Below are positions 36,152-45,498 of a DNA stretch of 48,185 bases, piece after piece. The stretch is from assembly GCA_045637565.1 (NCBI GenBank), contig JAZTZQ010000028.1, positions 1 through 48,185 on the forward strand. The letters run 5' to 3'. Source of the stretch: Candidatus Nanosyncoccus sp. GTDB lineage: Bacteria; Patescibacteriota; Saccharimonadia; Saccharimonadales; Saccharimonadaceae. Position 1 is the first letter of the stretch. Every line of letters begins with the position of its first letter. The notes under the pieces are model-generated. The model was not told the DNA's origin, did not search any database, and saw nothing but the letters and a program-made list of their open reading frames with translations. A program made the position numbers and the translations under genes.

Positions 36152-38110
36152 ATGTCAAAGCACATCAAATTGCCCCATTTTCATACTCAACTAGCCTACG
36201 TTGTGCTATTTCTTGTTGTCACAGTTTTTCTTGCCCTCGTCGCCCCGCATCATGCTGACGCCGTATTAAGCCCAGAGCAATTAATTGATTACTCGTTAAA
36301 CAGTATTCTCTTTTTTGATTCCTGCAGTACCAAGCCAGTTGATAACGGCATGTATAAAGGTACGGTCTTTACTGGGCTTGATAATACTTATCTCAATGCT
36401 TTCGCGCGCGCCGCCGCCGCTGAGCAGGGTAGCCTAGACGGCGTCAAATTCGAACTTTCCATTCTGGCCAATCTGTACGATAAAAACTGTGCTAGTGCCA
36501 ATGGCGACTGTAGCTACACCGCATCGTCTCTTGCTCACTATCTTCTTTTGCCAGTTCCACCAGGATGGTTCGCCACCTCCACCAAGGACGCCTATAATGG
36601 CAGTGGCAATGCACCTCAAGAATACATCGACGCGGCCAAGGATATTTTGGTTAATGGCAATCGCACTCTTCCTCATGGCATCGACGAGCATGACGGCATT
36701 GGTGACTACTCTATCACCTCTTCGCCCACCGGTAGCACCGACGCCGGTAATGCTGCCAACTATGTCAGTGGGCAGACCACAATACATAATAAATCCGGCT
36801 CAGACTGGACTTTCTATTCTTGGTGTGACGGGGAAAAATCCAAAACCGGCATCGTCACGTCTGCATGTGATCCATTTGGCTACACTCAGTCAATTGACGA
36901 ATCTAGTAGCGGCACCCTCCAGCAATCATACTCTACGGTAACATCAGCCGGCAACAACAAGCTCTACAATGGTCAAGACGTTCTTAGCGCCGCACAGTTG
37001 CAGCAAATCGAACAAAACAAGCCTACCTATCAAAGAATCGCCGCAAAATACAATTTCCCTTGGCAACTTCTCGCTGCTCTGCACTATAGGGAGCATAATC
37101 TTGCCGTCGACAACCCAGAAAATGGCGAGGGCATGTATCAACTTACCACCCTTACTAATCACGGCTCGAACGAAAAAGCCTTCAAGCCCGCCGGTCCAGT
37201 CAGCCAAGCTGAGTTTGAACGCCAAACTGATCTCGCCGCCCAAGTGATTCGGGGCAAAATCGGCCAAGAAACAGATCTTATGAATAATGATGACAACATC
37301 AAGCGCGTCATGTTTATGTATAACTGGGCCAATCCAGTTTATATCGAACGCGCCATTAAGATGGGCTTCACCGAAGAACAGGCTCGTAATGGCGAGGGGT
37401 CGCCATACGTTATGAACATCGCAGACGTAGAACGCGATCCGGGCAATGCTAAGGTAAGTCCACTTTGGAACGGGCTAATTGCAAATCTTGCCGGCAAGGT
37501 TGTCCCAGACAATCGTCCAGGGGCCTTCGTGGTTTTTCAGGCTCTTGGTGGTGGTAATGGTGACGATAATGACCCTTGCGAAGGTCCGTCCTCTGGCAAT
37601 GGTGACATCGCAAATACCGCCCTCGAGCTTTCATGGGACGGCCAAACACGCGGCAACTGTACAGCCTCTGGCTGTGATCCGAAACCGGAGTACGTTAAAG
37701 CCATGAATGATGTCGGCACCACTACGGAATTTTATCAGGGAGGAAACTATATCGGAGCGAGCTGCGACCAATTTGTTACTACTGTAATGCGCTATTCGAA
37801 AGCTGATCCGGATTATCCATTTTACATTAGCGATGCGTTGCAACATATGATTAATTCCGACGCCTATCAAGAAATACTATACACTGGTGACGATCTTTAT
37901 GCCAAGCTTCAGCCCGGTGATATTTTCATCTTCGATAACTCCGGCACTGGTGTTGCTCATGGTCACATTTTCATCTACGTCGAAATCAATGGCCAACAAG
38001 GTCAAGCATCCGCTTCCGCTAAGGGACGATCTGGTCAGCATTTCCCCAGTATTTATTACACAGATCAAAACGGAGCACGCAAATATAGAGTATTTAGGAA
38101 GATCAAATGA
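36152..38110 (+). CDS. Secreted multi-domain cell-wall hydrolase (lysozyme/SLT-like + CHAP/NlpC-like)
   Basis: Signal peptide, PWQLLAALHYRE, G.YQ, YN; C-terminal SCDQFVTTV, LQPGDIFI, GHIFIY. Confidence 0.7.
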   Translation: MSKHIKLPHFHTQLAYVVLFLVVTVFLALVAPHHADAVLSPEQLIDYSLNSILFFDSCSTKPVDNGMYKGTVFTGLDNTYLNAFARAAAAEQGSLDGVKFELSILANLYDKNCASANGDCSYTASSLAHYLLLPVPPGWFATSTKDAYNGSGNAPQEYIDAAKDILVNGNRTLPHGIDEHDGIGDYSITSSPTGSTDAGNAANYVSGQTTIHNKSGSDWTFYSWCDGEKSKTGIVTSACDPFGYTQSIDESSSGTLQQSYSTVTSAGNNKLYNGQDVLSAAQLQQIEQNKPTYQRIAAKYNFPWQLLAALHYREHNLAVDNPENGEGMYQLTTLTNHGSNEKAFKPAGPVSQAEFERQTDLAAQVIRGKIGQETDLMNNDDNIKRVMFMYNWANPVYIERAIKMGFTEEQARNGEGSPYVMNIADVERDPGNAKVSPLWNGLIANLAGKVVPDNRPGAFVVFQALGGGNGDDNDPCEGPSSGNGDIANTALELSWDGQTRGNCTASGCDPKPEYVKAMNDVGTTTEFYQGGNYIGASCDQFVTTVMRYSKADPDYPFYISDALQHMINSDAYQEILYTGDDLYAKLQPGDIFIFDNSGTGVAHGHIFIYVEINGQQGQASASAKGRSGQHFPSIYYTDQNGARKYRVFRKIK

Positions 38111-38781
38111 AAAACAACCATTTCCAACCAGTCATTAAACTAAAACCCATCTTAATTATTTGTGGTGTTTTATTTATCTTAATTCTTTCTATTAGCCTAT
38201 TTTTTATAATCGACGACGCTTCCCGCAGCGTTACAATCCGCTTCATGGTCGCCCCTTCGTCGGCGAGTATCAGTTTGAATGACACGTTCTATCAAAGCGC
38301 TGAAACCTACAGAATTGTACCAGGCGAATATCAGTTACTTATCGAAAAGGAAGGCTTTGAGCCATATCAACAGACCATCTCACCTGGCGATGGTGAAACG
38401 CTAAATATCAATATAGCCCTCGAGATACTCCCTGGCAATGAGAACTACTATAAGCTGCATCCAGATGAAGCCTATGCGCTAGAAACCATCTGGACCAACC
38501 AAATCACGGCTGGCAGTGATATTGTCTTTGAAAACAATCCTATAGTTGAAATCTTACCGATTAACGTAGAGTATTATATCCAGAATAAACAGTATGTCCA
38601 CTACCAAATCTCATTCAGAATTGACAATCCCGAAGAAGTCATTATTCTCATCAATGATTATACGGGCAATAATTATGATGCCGCCCTAGAGCGCATCCGT
38701 ACCGAAGGCTATGACCCAGATAACTACACAATAGAATACCGTGATTTAACCGCAGATTACACCGGCACCGAAAACTACTAA
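38107..38781 (+). CDS. PEGA-domain membrane protein
   Basis: TM followed by VAPSSASISLN...PGEYQLLIEKEGFEPY. Confidence 0.75.
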   Translation: MKNNHFQPVIKLKPILIICGVLFILILSISLFFIIDDASRSVTIRFMVAPSSASISLNDTFYQSAETYRIVPGEYQLLIEKEGFEPYQQTISPGDGETLNINIALEILPGNENYYKLHPDEAYALETIWTNQITAGSDIVFENNPIVEILPINVEYYIQNKQYVHYQISFRIDNPEEVIILINDYTGNNYDAALERIRTEGYDPDNYTIEYRDLTADYTGTENY

Positions 38782-38839
38782 TCAAACTAGGCTTAATCTG
38801 TTCCATTTCTCATCTATATATGTTACAATATAATTATAT

Positions 38840-38914
38840 TGGGATGTCGCCAAGTGGTAAGGCAACGGGTTTTGGTCCCGTCATTCGCAGGTTCGAGTCC
38901 TGCCATCCCAGCCA
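38840..38914 (+). tRNA. tRNA-Gln(TTG)
   Basis: tgggatgtcgccaagtggtaaggc, acggg-ttTTGgt-cccgt, ggttcgagtcc, CCA. Confidence 0.95.
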
Positions 38915-38924
38915 GAACCAGAAG

Positions 38925-38948
38925 AAGACTCCGAAAGAGTCTTATTTT
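38925..38948 (+). terminator. Intrinsic terminator after tRNA-Gln
   Basis: aagactc-cgaaa-gagtctt-atttt. Confidence 0.7.
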
Positions 38949-39057
38949 GATTCCGATTAGAGATGAACAGGACGAGAGCCGTAGATTCGGACGACGAAGC
39001 GAACAAATACCGACCACCCAACTTGCGTCAGTTTTACAATTATGCTATATAATATAT

Positions 39058-41268
39058 ATGGCTACAAAAAAGCGCAAATCTACCAAAAAAACAGCCAAGC
39101 GCAAAAACACCAAGGAGGTAACCAAGGCAGAATACGAGCTTCCGGGCGGTTTTGGGCGTCAGATTGTTGCTGTTCTCATGATAGCGTTAGCTTTATTCTT
39201 TGTCATTACTTGGTTTGGCCAAGGCGGCAACATTTTAAACGAGGTTCACAAGTTTTTTATTAGTAGCATCGGCTTTGCTACATACTTTCTGCCAGCTTTG
39301 TTGGTATTTCTTGCTGTCAAAATTTTCCGTGCCGACAATAATCGCGTCGCCTTTCCGGTCTATCTATTCAGCGCGCTCATGATAGTCTGGATTTCCGGCA
39401 TTGCCGCAATCATGGGGAATGGTGGGCAACTCGGTTCCTGGCTCAATTCTTTAATGACTAATTTTCTCAACCAAGGCGTGGTGATTTTTATTTACATCGT
39501 GCTCATTTTTATCACATTAGCCTTCATTCTTCAGATATCCCCCATTACGCTATTTAAGGGGACTACCAACATGGTCAAAACCGGCAAACTCCCTGCTCGA
39601 AGTCGCAGTAATGATGATGAAGACGGTAAACAATCCAAAAAACTCGGCCAACTCGAAATCAAAGTCAACTCGGGAGTTGGAAGTTCCGAACCAGCTCCAG
39701 CCAAGGCTACCAGCCGCCTGCTTCGCAAAAGTGATATCAAATCCCCAGCCAAGCCCGAACCAGCCAAGGAACCTACGGCTCTGGTTGCCGTTTCTGACCC
39801 GGATTGGAAAATGCCATCAACCGATCTATTAGAAAAGAAACAATCCCCAGCTGATGCCGGCAATATTCAGCAAAACGCTTACATCATCAAGTCCACCCTC
39901 GCTGAATTCGGCATTGATGTCGAGATGGAAGGCGCCAACGTCGGTCCACGCGTCACTCAATACACCATGAAACCGCCCGCAGGTGTCAATCTATCCAAAA
40001 TTCTCGCTCGCGATAAGGAGCTCGCCTTGAATCTCGCCGTAGACAAGATTCGCATCGAAGCTCCCATCCCCGGCACTCGTTCCGTCGGTGTCGAGATTCC
40101 TAACGCTCGCTCCGCCGATGTGCGTATGCGTGGCGTACTTGAGTCTTCCGAATGGAAAAAATCTACCGACCCGCTCACCTTTGCAGTAGGGAAGGACATT
40201 TCTGGTAAAGCTGTTGTTGCTAACCTCGCCAAAATGCCACACCTTCTCATTGCTGGTACCACCGGTTCAGGTAAATCAGTTATGACCAATACTCTTATTA
40301 GTTCATTATTATATCGCAACTCTCCTTCCGATATGAAACTCATCATCGTCGATCCTAAGCAGGTTGAGATGGCCCAGTACCAAGACATCCCCCATCTTCT
40401 TACTCCGATTATCACTCAAACCGAAAAGGCTCTCAGCGCTATGAAATGGGCTGTTGGTGAAATGGAGCGACGCTACACCTTGATGGCCGAAGAAAAAGTC
40501 AAAAACATCTCCGATTATAACGCCAAAATGGCCAAAACCGCCGAGCAGAACCCCGAAAAAGAAGGCAAAATGCCCTATATTGTTATTGTTATTGATGAGA
40601 TGGCTGACCTCATGATGATGGCGGGTAAAGACCTCGAAATGCTCATTGTTCGTATTGCTCAGAAAGGTCGTGCCGCCGGCATCCATCTAGTACTCGCTAC
40701 CCAGCGTCCAGAAGTCAAAGTTATTACTGGTCTCATCAAAGCCAACATTCCAGGCCGTATCGCCTTTGCTGTCGGCTCCCAGATGGATTCCCGCATCATG
40801 CTCGACCAAGGCGGCGCCGAGAAACTCCTCGGTAAAGGTGACATGCTCCTCTTGACTACCGAGATGATGGGCAAGCCTCGTCGTATTCAGGGTGCTTGGG
40901 CCTCCGATGATGATATTAATAAAGTTACCGATTTCCTCCGCGCCCAGCGTGCTCCCGAATACAACGATGAAGTCATCGCACAACAAGTCGCAATCAAGGG
41001 AATGACCCCAGAAGGTGGTGGCGCTGGCGGTCTTGGCCGTCGCTTCGACCCGCAAGATCCTACCGTTCGTCAAGCCATCGAAATTACCTTGAATAAAGGC
41101 AAATTCTCTACTGCTATGCTTCAGACCTATCTTGGCAAAGGTCACGGTTTTGTCTCCGGTCTCGCCATCTGGCTCGAAGAAATTGGCGTCATTGGTCCCC
41201 AGAATGGCAACAAACCTCGCGACGTCCTCATTACGTCCATGGAGGAGTTTGACGAACTAGCTCAATGA
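39058..41268 (+). CDS. ftsK: DNA translocase FtsK/SpoIIIE
   Basis: 4 TM N-terminus, PHLLIAGTTGSGKS, IDEMADLM, ATQRP, GAEKLLGKGDML, gamma domain; start reset after the tRNA. Confidence 0.95.
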   Translation: MATKKRKSTKKTAKRKNTKEVTKAEYELPGGFGRQIVAVLMIALALFFVITWFGQGGNILNEVHKFFISSIGFATYFLPALLVFLAVKIFRADNNRVAFPVYLFSALMIVWISGIAAIMGNGGQLGSWLNSLMTNFLNQGVVIFIYIVLIFITLAFILQISPITLFKGTTNMVKTGKLPARSRSNDDEDGKQSKKLGQLEIKVNSGVGSSEPAPAKATSRLLRKSDIKSPAKPEPAKEPTALVAVSDPDWKMPSTDLLEKKQSPADAGNIQQNAYIIKSTLAEFGIDVEMEGANVGPRVTQYTMKPPAGVNLSKILARDKELALNLAVDKIRIEAPIPGTRSVGVEIPNARSADVRMRGVLESSEWKKSTDPLTFAVGKDISGKAVVANLAKMPHLLIAGTTGSGKSVMTNTLISSLLYRNSPSDMKLIIVDPKQVEMAQYQDIPHLLTPIITQTEKALSAMKWAVGEMERRYTLMAEEKVKNISDYNAKMAKTAEQNPEKEGKMPYIVIVIDEMADLMMMAGKDLEMLIVRIAQKGRAAGIHLVLATQRPEVKVITGLIKANIPGRIAFAVGSQMDSRIMLDQGGAEKLLGKGDMLLLTTEMMGKPRRIQGAWASDDDINKVTDFLRAQRAPEYNDEVIAQQVAIKGMTPEGGGAGGLGRRFDPQDPTVRQAIEITLNKGKFSTAMLQTYLGKGHGFVSGLAIWLEEIGVIGPQNGNKPRDVLITSMEEFDELAQ

Positions 41269-41283
41269 AAGGATTAATAGTGC

Positions 41284-42735
41284 ATGTGTGATGATACTCT
41301 ACCAGTCGAAGTGCTCGAAGCTAATGGTTGCTATGAAGGCACCACTACAAACGCTGTACCCGATATCATTACTAATATTGTTTATTCTGTTATTGCTGTC
41401 GTGGGAATTGTTTCGGTCATTTATGTCGTTATTGGCAGTATCAAATACATATCCTCTTCAGGTGATCCAGAAAAGACCAAAACCGCTAAGAAGACCATTT
41501 TATACGCCCTCATTGGTATGATTATATCGGCTTTAGCCTTTGCTATTGTTAACTTCACCATTTCAAGAATCCCAGGAAACAACCCAGGTAATCCAGAACA
41601 GCTAATTAATGACCCTAATAATCCAAATCCAGAGCCAACTTCTACTATCATTCGTCTTCTCCCAAACACTCAGAGAAACGTCAATGATCCTCCATTTACT
41701 CTGCCACTATATACACGACCATCCACCGGCGACAACCCACGTATTACCTGGAATTCCAGTAATCCGGATGTGGCCACCGTCGACCGCAATGGTCTCATTA
41801 CACCTCATCATGATGGCACCACTACCATTACCGCCAAGACCGCAGACGGAGCTACCGCCTCCACCGAAGTCACCATTACACCCCCGATTCTTGCAAGTTC
41901 AGTAACAATTCCTACCGGTAGCCTTAGGCTAAAGAAAGGTGACAGCCAAGCCATCACCGCTACCGTCGCGCCCTACAATGCCACCAACAAGGCCGTCACC
42001 TGGTCTTCTAGCAAAAAATCAGTTGCTACCATCAACAGTCAAGGCGTCATCAAAGCCAAGAAGAAGGGAACCACTACCATCACCGCAAAGACTAGCAACG
42101 GCGTTACCGCATCTATCAAAGTTACCGTCACCAAGAAGAAAAAGAAGAATAAATCAATCAAAGTAACCAAAAAACTTCTTAAACATCTCAAAAGATATCA
42201 TCAAAACAATTACGGTGGTATGTCTGTTTCATGTGATAGCGATGTTGGCGATCACTCTTGTGGTACTGCCGCCTACTTAGCCGGACACTATGTCCTCACT
42301 GGTAAAGATATCGATTATCTTAAGTTTGCTGAAGAGGGTTGTGGGACTTATTATGGCGATGTTATGGATTTTAAATATTTCCTCTATAAGAAAGAAGGGC
42401 GCTCCAAATACGAGAAAAAATACGGCGTCAAACTTAGACATACTACCATGTCTTGGGACAACATAGTCAAACAACTTAAGAAAGGCAAAGTGATTATTAA
42501 CTTTGTAGTCGAACCCAGCATCTTTGCAGGTTGCGAGCACTTCGTTACTTCTATAGCATATCGCGAAAAGAATGGAGGTGAAATTTATGTTTGGAATCCC
42601 AACTCATCACGCGCTTCAGGTTGGTATAACAAAAAGCAATACACCAAAAATGCTATGGAAGGTCTTAGCGTGTGCAATGGTAAAGGACACTATTTAACAC
42701 CATATACATATGTTATGTCAAAGACTAAGAAATAA
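41284..42735 (+). CDS. VirB2-like pilin + two Big_2 Ig domains + peptidase C39-like domain
   Basis: GSIKYISSSGDPEKTKTAKKTILYALIG; WNSSNPDVATVD and WSSSKKSVATIN; SCG...HFV...VWNP. Confidence 0.7.
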   Translation: MCDDTLPVEVLEANGCYEGTTTNAVPDIITNIVYSVIAVVGIVSVIYVVIGSIKYISSSGDPEKTKTAKKTILYALIGMIISALAFAIVNFTISRIPGNNPGNPEQLINDPNNPNPEPTSTIIRLLPNTQRNVNDPPFTLPLYTRPSTGDNPRITWNSSNPDVATVDRNGLITPHHDGTTTITAKTADGATASTEVTITPPILASSVTIPTGSLRLKKGDSQAITATVAPYNATNKAVTWSSSKKSVATINSQGVIKAKKKGTTTITAKTSNGVTASIKVTVTKKKKKNKSIKVTKKLLKHLKRYHQNNYGGMSVSCDSDVGDHSCGTAAYLAGHYVLTGKDIDYLKFAEEGCGTYYGDVMDFKYFLYKKEGRSKYEKKYGVKLRHTTMSWDNIVKQLKKGKVIINFVVEPSIFAGCEHFVTSIAYREKNGGEIYVWNPNSSRASGWYNKKQYTKNAMEGLSVCNGKGHYLTPYTYVMSKTKK

Positions 42736-42738
42736 TAG

Positions 42739-43410
42739 TTACTGGATATCCATCAAACAATCATCCAAAGCATCAGTCACACTATCATAACTATTCGCAT
42801 AATCACCGAAGATATGCGTAAACTCACCCTCTGATGTTTGCAAGACGCAATCATGTTTTCCATCATGAAATACATGATACTCAATATTATCTATCATTGC
42901 ATCCTCTTCTTCGTCAGCTGGCAAATAATTAAAACTAATATATTCAATATCTTGACCAGAATAATCCGCTACCGGATCAATTGTGGTAGCAGCAATATAA
43001 CTCACTGGTAAATCGCTATTATTGTACTCATCTTCATCCTCTGCCTTCAGTTCTTCGCCGTATTTCTTATTAAGCTGCAGGAAACTCTCATCAATGTCAA
43101 GTGTCTTCATTAACTCAATCACCTCTTCTTCTGTCATCTCGTCGTCTAGATAAGCGAATAAATTCATTAAATCACTATATCGCTCCCCCTTTGTTGGCGT
43201 ATCTTCAACTAATGGTAAATCATCATCTATGCCACCACCAGGATTAATTGTTACCAAGGCTGTGATGGTAATTATAATTGATATCATGGCTATTACTGCT
43301 GCTGCAATCAATAACCACGTTATTTTCTTCTTTTCTTGTTCAGGTGCTTTTCCTGGCAATCGCACACCACCCATAGGCGCGCTGCTACTGTTTTGATTCT
43401 GGTTATCCAT
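42739..43410 (-). CDS. Hypothetical single-TM acidic protein
   Basis: One TM; TTGACA-17-TATACT promoter at 43417-43445. Confidence 0.72.
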   Translation of the reverse strand: MDNQNQNSSSAPMGGVRLPGKAPEQEKKKITWLLIAAAVIAMISIIITITALVTINPGGGIDDDLPLVEDTPTKGERYSDLMNLFAYLDDEMTEEEVIELMKTLDIDESFLQLNKKYGEELKAEDEDEYNNSDLPVSYIAATTIDPVADYSGQDIEYISFNYLPADEEEDAMIDNIEYHVFHDGKHDCVLQTSEGEFTHIFGDYANSYDSVTDALDDCLMDIQ

Positions 43411-43534
43411 ACTATAAGTATATAGTGTAGTACTCTATATGTCAAAAGCTTTGTTTAAAAACGTCTTAACACTACTAGCGGGTGATCGCTCTCTCGTCAA
43501 CCAGCCTTCATCTCTTGTCAAGCATTCAAATCTG

Positions 43535-43630
43535 TGCTATAATAACACTAATATCAGCTCAGCAAGCACGTCAACCCTGCCGACAAGAAGTCTGTAGAAG
43601 AACGGTACTTGCTTTAACCAAAGGAGTTTT
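43535..43630 (+). promoter_or_regulatory. rpsF promoter and structured 5' leader (candidate S6:S18 autoregulatory RNA)
   Basis: tgctataat, then stem agcaagcac / gtacttgct enclosing a ccc motif, then aaggag RBS. Confidence 0.5.
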
Positions 43631-44023
43631 ATGAAAGACTATGAACTCACAGTCTTGATTCATCCTGATTTAGAGATGAATCCAGACCCCGCCCTTGACA
43701 AGGTCAGAAAGACCATCGCTCAGGCCGGCGGCACCATTACCAAGGAAGAAGACGACGGCAAGAAGCGTCTTTCCTACAAGATAGGCAAGCAGGAATTTGC
43801 CTTGTATTATTATTTTGATTTGTCGCTCCCTAGTGATGCGCCAAGCAAAATTTCATCAAACCTCAATATTGCAGATGAAGTTTTGCGCCATTTACTCGTT
43901 CGTGTCGACGAACGCAAAGCGAAATACGCTAAACAACGTGCGGAAGCCGAAGCTAAAAGTTCAGCAAAAGGCGAAGATAAGTCAAATAATGACAATAATA
44001 CCAATTCAAAGGAGGATAACTAA
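43631..44023 (+). CDS. rpsF: 30S ribosomal protein S6
   Basis: MKDYEL..LIHPD, GKKRLSYKI, VLRHL; operon context. Confidence 0.95.
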   Translation: MKDYELTVLIHPDLEMNPDPALDKVRKTIAQAGGTITKEEDDGKKRLSYKIGKQEFALYYYFDLSLPSDAPSKISSNLNIADEVLRHLLVRVDERKAKYAKQRAEAEAKSSAKGEDKSNNDNNTNSKEDN

Positions 44024-44025
44024 TT

Positions 44026-44484
44026 ATGCGCGGTTTTTCTAAAGCTATCATTGCGGGCAATCTAACCAGGGATCCAGAGCTTCGTACTACACCAAGCGGT
44101 GCAAGTGTCTGCTCGTTCTCAGTTGCCGTTAACCGAGTTTATCGTGATACCAGCGGGGAGCAGAAGGAAGACGTTTCTTTCATTGACTGTTCTGCCTGGG
44201 GCAAACTTGGTGAGATGATTAGTCAATATGCCAAGCGTGGTAGCGGCGTACTTGTTTCTGGTCGTCTTGACCAGCGTAGCTGGGAAGACAAAAACACCGG
44301 ACAAAAACGTTCGCGCGTTGAAATTGTAGTCGAGGACTTCAACTTTACTGGCAGTGGCAATCGTGACGGTGGTAGTAGCTATCAAGGTAGCTCTTCGTCT
44401 TCAGAGCCCAATGTATCAAGCAACGAATCAATTCCTGATGACATACCCGAAGGCGAAATTGACCTCAGCGAAGTCCCATTTTAA
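44026..44484 (+). CDS. ssb: Single-stranded DNA-binding protein
   Basis: GNLTRDPELRTT, VSGRL, C-terminal EVPF. Confidence 0.97.
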   Translation: MRGFSKAIIAGNLTRDPELRTTPSGASVCSFSVAVNRVYRDTSGEQKEDVSFIDCSAWGKLGEMISQYAKRGSGVLVSGRLDQRSWEDKNTGQKRSRVEIVVEDFNFTGSGNRDGGSSYQGSSSSSEPNVSSNESIPDDIPEGEIDLSEVPF

Positions 44485-44509
44485 TAAAATGTAACGAAGG
44501 AGTATCAAA

Positions 44510-44707
44510 ATGAAGAAAATCAAAAGCGATCCTAATCTGTACTTCGATTACCGCGACGTGAAAACACTTCAGCGGTATATCGATCCTTATGGTCGGATTG
44601 AGCCTATTTCCAAAACTGGCCTTTCTGCCAAGCAACAGCGTCAATTAGCTGTCGCCATCAAGCGTGCTCGTCACTTAGCACTCTTGCCATTTGTATCAAA
44701 TAACTAA
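44510..44707 (+). CDS. rpsR: 30S ribosomal protein S18
   Basis: [32 protein letters not shown]. Confidence 0.96.
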   Translation: MKKIKSDPNLYFDYRDVKTLQRYIDPYGRIEPISKTGLSAKQQRQLAVAIKRARHLALLPFVSNN

Positions 44708-44717
44708 GGAGCAATAT

Positions 44718-45278
44718 ATGTACGGACCAACAGATCTAAAGAAAAACACTCTCATCACTTTGGACGGCCAGCCGTACAAGGTGGTGGAGTACTCACAAAA
44801 AGTCATGGGCCGCGGCGGTTCCATCGTGAACGTCAAAGTCAAGAATCTTATCACAGGTGCCCTCCTCCCCAAGACTTTCAAAGGCCAAGAAAAAATAGAA
44901 CCAGCCGAGGTTACTACGAAGAAAGTTCAATATCTATATAGAGACGACGAAAAGTTCTATTTTATGGACCCAGAATCTTTCGAACAGTATGAATTGGCTG
45001 CAGACATGGTTGGTGATTCCAAAGATTTTATGAAAGACGGTGACGAGATGGAAATCCAGTTTTATAATGGTACCCCCATCAATCTCCAGCTTCCTAAGAA
45101 TCTCTGGCTTACTGTCACCTACACGGAAAATGCCGTCAAGGGTGATACCTCCACTTCAGTCATGAAGGATGCCACCCTCGAAACTGGCGTGATCATCAAA
45201 GTCCCAGCTTTCATCAAAGAAGGCGACATCGTCTCGGTCGACACCGACACCTACGCTTATCGTGAAAGAAAGAAATAG
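44718..45278 (+). CDS. efp: Elongation factor P
   Basis: DLKK, MGRGG loop, QYLYRD, FMDPESFEQ, KGDT, A.LETG..IKVPAFI. Confidence 0.94.
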   Translation: MYGPTDLKKNTLITLDGQPYKVVEYSQKVMGRGGSIVNVKVKNLITGALLPKTFKGQEKIEPAEVTTKKVQYLYRDDEKFYFMDPESFEQYELAADMVGDSKDFMKDGDEMEIQFYNGTPINLQLPKNLWLTVTYTENAVKGDTSTSVMKDATLETGVIIKVPAFIKEGDIVSVDTDTYAYRERKK

Positions 45279-45280
45279 TT

Positions 45281-45451
45281 AAGTATAGCAAGGTATTTGG
45301 TTTCTCAGCATTATGAAATCGCCCGATAAAAAATACAACAGTCACGGATGAGTATCTGATACTGCAATATCAGGACGAATCCGCCTGATCTGTTGTATTT
45401 TTTATGCGGCGCGCATTTCATCGCTGAAAAACCAAATGCCTTGCTTAGCTT
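45281..45451 (+). repeat. ~170-nt unbranched intergenic hairpin
   Basis: agcaaggtatttggttt/aaaccaaatgccttgct, atgaaat/atttcat, ataaaaaatacaacag/ctgttgtattttttat, cggatGAgt/acGAatccg, ctgata/tatcag. Confidence 0.88.
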
Positions 45452-45498
45452 CAAATTAATTCTTGCATTTTTTTAAACACAAGCATATAATATATTAT

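Noticed and set aside
38950-39020. GA-rich stretch after the tRNA-Gln terminator resembling element cores
   Set aside because: Could not find convincing arms or stems by eye; possibly a decayed remnant.
38839-39057. N-terminal extensions of ftsK (also PAP2 from 17083 and rlmD from 37)
   Set aside because: They overlap tRNAs or hairpins; better starts follow clear promoters.
45345-45383. Hammerhead-like cggatgagt...gacgaat
   Set aside because: Core should be CUGAUGA/GAAA; here cggat pairs with atccg in a linear stem and there is no three-stem junction.
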